Source: an uncultured Clostridia bacterium
GTDB taxonomy: Bacteria; Bacillota; Clostridia; Christensenellales; Aristaeellaceae
NCBI GenBank assembly: GCA_946542235.1
Contig: CAMNKK010000004.1
Coordinates: 3,315-67,314, forward strand
Reading direction: 5' to 3'
DNA length: 64,000 nucleotides
Under the pieces are notes generated by a model. It made no database searches, was not told the DNA's origin, and worked only from the letters and a program-made list of their open reading frames with translations. Shown one piece after another: positions 59,344 to 64,000 of the stretch; the first letter of the stretch is position 1; every line of letters starts with the position of its first letter. The position numbers were made by a program, and so were the translations under genes.

Positions 59344-60573
59344 TTATTCCCGGACAGAAACTGCATGGCTGTTTCTGCCGGCTTTTATTCCTGTCATGCT
59401 GGCAAACATCAGGTTAAATCCACCGCAGTCTCCGTCTGCATTGAGCAATTCTCCGGTAATATGCAGGCCCTTACAGATTCTGGATTCAAGGTTTTCTTCC
59501 CGTATGTCACGGCAGCTGACTCCTCCGGACATAACCTGTGCCCTTTCAAATCCTTCGATGCTTTCCGCCTGAAGCTGATATCGTTTCACGGTTTCCGCCA
59601 CAGAACGAAGCTGCATTTCGGAGAGGTCACCGTTTTTTTCTCCCCGCAGTGCCAGTCCAGCCTGTTTGCACACGGCATAGGCCAGCCTCGGAACTAACAG
59701 GCCGCGCAGAAGGTCAACAGGTTCTTCATCCGGCCATCGTTTTTGTCGCTCCCGCAGGTCCTGAAATGCTGTTTCCACGTCTTCAAACAAATCAGGGAAA
59801 AAATCCAGAAGAAGCGTGCTGCGTCGTTCTTCAATAAATCTTGCGCACTGCATTACACAGATTCCGCTGACACCGGTATCCGTAAAAAGAAGTTCTCCGA
59901 TTTCCGAATGTACTGTGTTCTTCCCTGTCTGTACGGAAACCCTGCATTTTACCCGGATTCCGGAAAGGCCTGAGACAGATCGCGTATCCGTTTGAATCGG
60001 AGTCAGCGCAGGGCGTTCGTGAATCAGCTGATGCCCCTGTTTTTTCAGCCATGGCCAAACAGACTGATTTCCTCCCAGCCTGGGCTGTGAAGCGCCTCCG
60101 GTAGCAAGTATCAATCTCTGTGCTCGAAACACAAAATCCCGATTTGTTTCGATTTCGTACAAGCCATTCGTTCTTCTGATTTCTTTTGCAGCGGTTCGGG
60201 TCAGGATCTCCACACAGCCCCTTTTCATCCCGGCTTTCAGAACATCCAGAACAGAAGCAGCGGCGAATGTACAGGGATAGCCGCGGCCTTCAGCGTCATA
60301 GCGGATCCTCAGTCCCAACTCTTTCCAGAATATTTCCAATTCCTCTGCAGGATCTTTTCCAAGCACTCTGCATGCAAACTCGCTGTCACCATAAAACCTG
60401 GGCGTATTTCGGTTCAGCAGATTGCATCTGCCGTTTCCGGTTGCAAGCAGCTTCTTTCCAGGCTGATCCAGAGCTTCCAGCAGGACGGGGTGTTCGCCTT
60501 CCCGCGCTGCCGAGATCGCTGCGCACATTCCGGCCATACCTGCGCCAATGATAAGCACATCTGCCTGTTCCAT
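59344..60573 (-). CDS. HI0933/BaiN-like flavoprotein oxidoreductase
   Basis: GAGMAG, GKKLLATGNGRCN, ATGG, GELLFT, GDCGGFNL. Confidence 0.92.
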   Translation of the reverse strand: MEQADVLIIGAGMAGMCAAISAAREGEHPVLLEALDQPGKKLLATGNGRCNLLNRNTPRFYGDSEFACRVLGKDPAEELEIFWKELGLRIRYDAEGRGYPCTFAAASVLDVLKAGMKRGCVEILTRTAAKEIRRTNGLYEIETNRDFVFRAQRLILATGGASQPRLGGNQSVWPWLKKQGHQLIHERPALTPIQTDTRSVSGLSGIRVKCRVSVQTGKNTVHSEIGELLFTDTGVSGICVMQCARFIEERRSTLLLDFFPDLFEDVETAFQDLRERQKRWPDEEPVDLLRGLLVPRLAYAVCKQAGLALRGEKNGDLSEMQLRSVAETVKRYQLQAESIEGFERAQVMSGGVSCRDIREENLESRICKGLHITGELLNADGDCGGFNLMFASMTGIKAGRNSHAVSVRE

Positions 60574-60621
60574 CAGGTGCTGGCCCTCCTCTGTCCGAAA
60601 CTGAAAACAAAACCCGGACTG

Positions 60622-61365
60622 TTATTGCATATGATAAATAGACTTCAGTTCTTTTGTCAAGAGTCCATTTTTGTCATTGACGATTAAGGGAGGCATGGGA
60701 TGAAGACGCGGGCGCGCATCCTTGACGCCTTCTACCAGAACGAGGTTGGCCGGATGATCTTCATCGGGATATACCAGCCGGAAACGTTTCGGCTCCAGAT
60801 GAAACCGATGCAGCTCCGTCATCAGACTGAACATCTGCGGCGCTGGATAAACCAGAAAGATTCTTCCTTTTCCCTTCAGAATCCGGAAAGCTGAATCAAG
60901 AAAATGCGGCAGTGTATATCTCTCCTGATGCCGTGCTGTCGCCAGCGCCTCTGTCTGATTCCGCAGCACCTGTCCCGGCATTCCATAAGGAGGATTGCAG
61001 ATAACCGCTTCCACGCTGCATGGAGGTATGATAGCCTTCGCCTGTGCGATATCCGCACAGTAAATACTGACTTTCTCCTCCAGGTGATTCAGCTTCATGG
61101 TTCTTCTGGCCATTTCTGCCATGTTTTCCTGGATTTCCAGCCCGATATAGCGCTCTCCTTTTTCTCTTCCAATCATCAGCAGAGGCAGTATTCCCGTTCC
61201 GCAGCCAAAGTCTACCACTGTATCCCGGGGATGCACCCGGGCAAAATCTGCCAGCAATACGGAATCCATACCAAATCGAAAGCCGTCTTTTTTTTGAATC
61301 AGACGAAGTCCGTGAATCTGAAGATCCTCCAAAGTTTCGTCATCAAGAATCTCAATCTCTTCCAT
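60622..61365 (-). CDS. tRNA1(Val) adenine(37)-N6 methyltransferase-like (YabB)
   Basis: FGMDSVLL, DFGCGTG, CNPPY, ARH, EPKR. Confidence 0.9.
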   Translation of the reverse strand: MEEIEILDDETLEDLQIHGLRLIQKKDGFRFGMDSVLLADFARVHPRDTVVDFGCGTGILPLLMIGREKGERYIGLEIQENMAEMARRTMKLNHLEEKVSIYCADIAQAKAIIPPCSVEAVICNPPYGMPGQVLRNQTEALATARHQERYTLPHFLDSAFRILKGKGRIFLVYPAPQMFSLMTELHRFHLEPKRFRLVYPDEDHPANLVLVEGVKDARPRLHPMPPLIVNDKNGLLTKELKSIYHMQ

Positions 61366-61497
61366 CTTTGGAAACCTCTACTCTTTCCGATCTGGATTTT
61401 GATGTATTCGAAGAAAAAGGATGTGCGAAATATCACCGCACAATCCTTTCATAATTCAGGATCCGCCGTTCAGCGGAATCATATTACAGGGAGCAGC

Positions 61498-63006
61498 TTA
61501 TTCTTCCGGAACAATCTCAACAACGACTGGATTCGGTTCGTCTTCCTTCTCCTCGCGTGATTCTTTTCGTTTCTCAAACAGTTTTTCATACAGCCGAAGG
61601 TATTCCTTGGCGGAATGATTCCAGCTATAATCGCCCGTCATGCCGCGATACTGCAGCTTTTGCCAGACTTCTGGATGGTCATGGTAGTAAGAAACTGCCC
61701 TTTCAATAGTATGCAGCATATCATGAGCGTTGTAATTGAAGAAGGAGAAGCCGTTTCCTTCACCGTTTTCTTCATTGTAGCTCAGTACGGTATCACGCAG
61801 TCCGCCTGTTTCACGAACAATCGGAAGTGTCCCATATCTCATGGCGATCATCTGACTCAGACCACAGGGCTCAAACTGGCTGGGCATCAGGAAAAGATCG
61901 GCGCCGGCATAGATCTGATGCGCAAGATTATGATCCATGGTAAATCTTGCAGCAATGCTTCCTCTGTATTCACCTTCTGCCCAGCTGAACAGGTTAAAGT
62001 ATCTTCCTTCACCCATTCCCAGTACAACCAGCTGTACATTCTGGCGCATAATATCAGCAATTACGTAGTCAACCAGGTCAAGACCTTTCTGATTGCTTAG
62101 CCGTCCGACCATTCCAATCACAGGAACATCAGCCTGTACATTCAGTCCAAGGCTTTCCTGCAGGGCGCGTTTGCATTCCGCTTTTCCTGACATGTTCTCC
62201 GGTGTGAAATTCGCTGCAATTCGACGGTCTTTCGCCGGATCATAGTCTTCCATGTCAATTCCGTTAAGCACGCCGAAAAGATCTGATTTTCTGGCACGCA
62301 GCAGCCCATCCAGGCGTTCGCCATAATAGGCTGTCTGAATCTCCTCTGCGTAGGAAGGACTCACCGTAGTAATCAGATCGCTGTACACGAGCGCTGCTTT
62401 CATAAAGTTAGCACAGCCATAGCATTCAAGCTTGTCATCCGTCCACAGACTGTCTCCCAGTCCGAGTACGTCCTGAACCTCCCGGATCCCGAAAATTCCC
62501 TGGTACTGCAGGTTATGAATCGTAAAGATCGTTTTGATCTTAGCATAAAAAGGCAGATGAGCATACTGGATTTTCAACAGTGCAGGAATCATGCCGCTTT
62601 GCCAGTCATGCGCATGAATGACTTCCGGCTGGAATCCGAGCAGAGGCAGCATATTCAGTACGCTCCGGCAGAAAAAACCGAATCGTTCATATTCGTCTCC
62701 GCCCATGCCGTATATATACGGCCTGCCAAAGTAATACTTATTGTCGATGAAGTACCAGGTGACACCATCCTTCTTCAGCGATTCAATTCCGCAGTACTGC
62801 CGCCGCCAGCCAAGTTGAACTTCAAAGTCGCAAACATGTTCAGTCCGATCTGTCCACTCCTTTGGAATCGCGCTGAACATAGGGATAACAACCCTGACAT
62901 CATGCCCTTCCCGGGCGAGCACAGGTGCCAGTGCTCCTACCACGTCCGCCAGGCCGCCTGTTTTGACAAACGGAACCGATTCGCTGGCTGCAAAAAGAAT
63001 TTTCAT
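61498..63006 (-). CDS. glgA: glycogen synthase
   Basis: KTGGLADV, HDWQ, TIHNL, QKG, EPCGLSQ. Confidence 0.97.
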   Translation of the reverse strand: MKILFAASESVPFVKTGGLADVVGALAPVLAREGHDVRVVIPMFSAIPKEWTDRTEHVCDFEVQLGWRRQYCGIESLKKDGVTWYFIDNKYYFGRPYIYGMGGDEYERFGFFCRSVLNMLPLLGFQPEVIHAHDWQSGMIPALLKIQYAHLPFYAKIKTIFTIHNLQYQGIFGIREVQDVLGLGDSLWTDDKLECYGCANFMKAALVYSDLITTVSPSYAEEIQTAYYGERLDGLLRARKSDLFGVLNGIDMEDYDPAKDRRIAANFTPENMSGKAECKRALQESLGLNVQADVPVIGMVGRLSNQKGLDLVDYVIADIMRQNVQLVVLGMGEGRYFNLFSWAEGEYRGSIAARFTMDHNLAHQIYAGADLFLMPSQFEPCGLSQMIAMRYGTLPIVRETGGLRDTVLSYNEENGEGNGFSFFNYNAHDMLHTIERAVSYYHDHPEVWQKLQYRGMTGDYSWNHSAKEYLRLYEKLFEKRKESREEKEDEPNPVVVEIVPEE

Positions 63007-63039
63007 AAAGGAACCTCCTTCATTCTTGAACAGGCTAAT

Positions 63040-63069
63040 AAGCGGCTGCCGGCAGCGCGGCAGCCGCTT
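63040..63069 (-). terminator. intergenic stem-loop between glgD and glgA
   Basis: AAGCGGCTGCCG-6 nt-CGGCAGCCGCTT, 12-bp stem, weak U tail. Confidence 0.5.
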
Positions 63070-63076
63070 GATTTAC

Positions 63077-64000
63077 TTAGATTACAACATTTTTCGCAAT
63101 CACAATGGGATAAGCTTCCGGGCCGATCAGCTTGGCATTCCGCTTGATTATGGATTGCTTGTCCAGAATGCAGTTTTCAATATATGCGCCGGAATGAACC
63201 TGTCCATCCTGCATGATGATGCAGTTCTTAACATGGGCACCTTCTGCGATCTTCACACCGCGGAAAAGGATACTGTTTTCTACCGTGCCTTCAATCTGAC
63301 AGCCATCAGCAAGGAGAGAATTGACCACGTTCGCTTCGTCTCCGTAATAGGTTGGCATTTCGTCCCGGACCTTGGTATATACAGGAAGATCATCCCTGAA
63401 AATGCCTCTGCGTTTTTCCGGATCCAGAATATCCATATTGAACTTGAAGAAGCTTTGAACCGAGTCAATCCGCCAACACTCGCCCTTGTACTCACAGGCG
63501 TTGACTTTGTACTGTCCTTCCCGGACCATTTTCATCAAAAGATCCCTGTCCAAATCATGAAGCCCATGCGCAACGGCCTTGTCAACCAGGCTCAGCATAA
63601 GCTCCCGCTTGATCACAAGCACCTTCATATAGGCGTTTTCATAGCTCGGATGAGTGGGCTGAATCTCCATATCAATTACATTTCCGGCTTCATCCAGATT
63701 CAGATAAGTTCCCAGCTCGTCCCGCCGCATGGAGGGATCCTTTGTATAGAGCAGGGTTACGCTGGCTTCCGTATCCTGATGGAACCGAATCATTTCTTCC
63801 AGCCGGGCATTGTAAATAATATCACTTCCGCTGAGGACAAGCGTTCCCTGCTTGCTTCTGGACAGGTAGTTGGTGTTGGAGCGGATCGCATCCAGAAGGC
63901 CTGTATACACGCCGACATTTTCCCGGGTCAGAAAGGGAGGCAGGATGTGGAGCCCTTCGTTTTTGCCATGAAGATCCCATTCCTTACCGGATCCCAGATG
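63077..64000 (-). CDS. glgD: glucose-1-phosphate adenylyltransferase subunit GlgD (5' part outside the window)
   Basis: HLGSGKEWDL, VYTKVRDE.PT.Y, NSLLADGC.IEG.VENS; upstream of glgA. Confidence 0.9.
   Translation of the reverse strand, partial: HLGSGKEWDLHGKNEGLHILPPFLTRENVGVYTGLLDAIRSNTNYLSRSKQGTLVLSGSDIIYNARLEEMIRFHQDTEASVTLLYTKDPSMRRDELGTYLNLDEAGNVIDMEIQPTHPSYENAYMKVLVIKRELMLSLVDKAVAHGLHDLDRDLLMKMVREGQYKVNACEYKGECWRIDSVQSFFKFNMDILDPEKRRGIFRDDLPVYTKVRDEMPTYYGDEANVVNSLLADGCQIEGTVENSILFRGVKIAEGAHVKNCIIMQDGQVHSGAYIENCILDKQSIIKRNAKLIGPEAYPIVIAKNVVI

Noticed and set aside
1-64000. CRISPR arrays, tRNA/rRNA genes, IS elements, defence islands
   Set aside because: No spaced direct repeats, tRNA cloverleafs with T-loop consensus, transposases or defence domains were seen by eye.

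Overview
Core-chromosome segment of a Clostridia-class firmicute, with about 52 CDS, sigma-A promoters and two T-box riboswitches. The style resembles Christensenellales or other gut/rumen anaerobes, but that is inference only. No rRNA, tRNA, CRISPR array, IS element or prophage is visible. Housekeeping blocks: ROK kinase/hprK/HAD/FGGY kinase/dac/uppP; ychF; rplS-(DUF2461, phosphohexomutase)-rbgA-rnhB-yraN-(giant GT-C)-comM-dprA-topA-trmFO-hslVU-proC-rnhA; phoH-pgpH-(ybeY::cdd)-era; DUF512-der-plsY-lepA-DUF1273-hemW; asp23-fakA-recG; Tyr T-box-aminotransferase-tyrS-yigZ; deoD; glgD-glgA. Four things stand out. (1) A probable Leu T-box operon encodes a LeuA that has lost its catalytic motifs but kept its leucine-binding regulatory domain, coupled to a TIM-barrel/acyl-CoA ligase fusion; this is a candidate leucine-sensing branched-chain acid activation module. 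(2) A lone XerS/XerH-sized tyrosine recombinase has a 38-bp dif-like inverted repeat just upstream. (3) A 1389-aa protein fuses two GT-C glycosyltransferases. (4) An MreB paralogue lacks the catalytic Glu. All family calls come from motifs recognised by eye; no database search was run.
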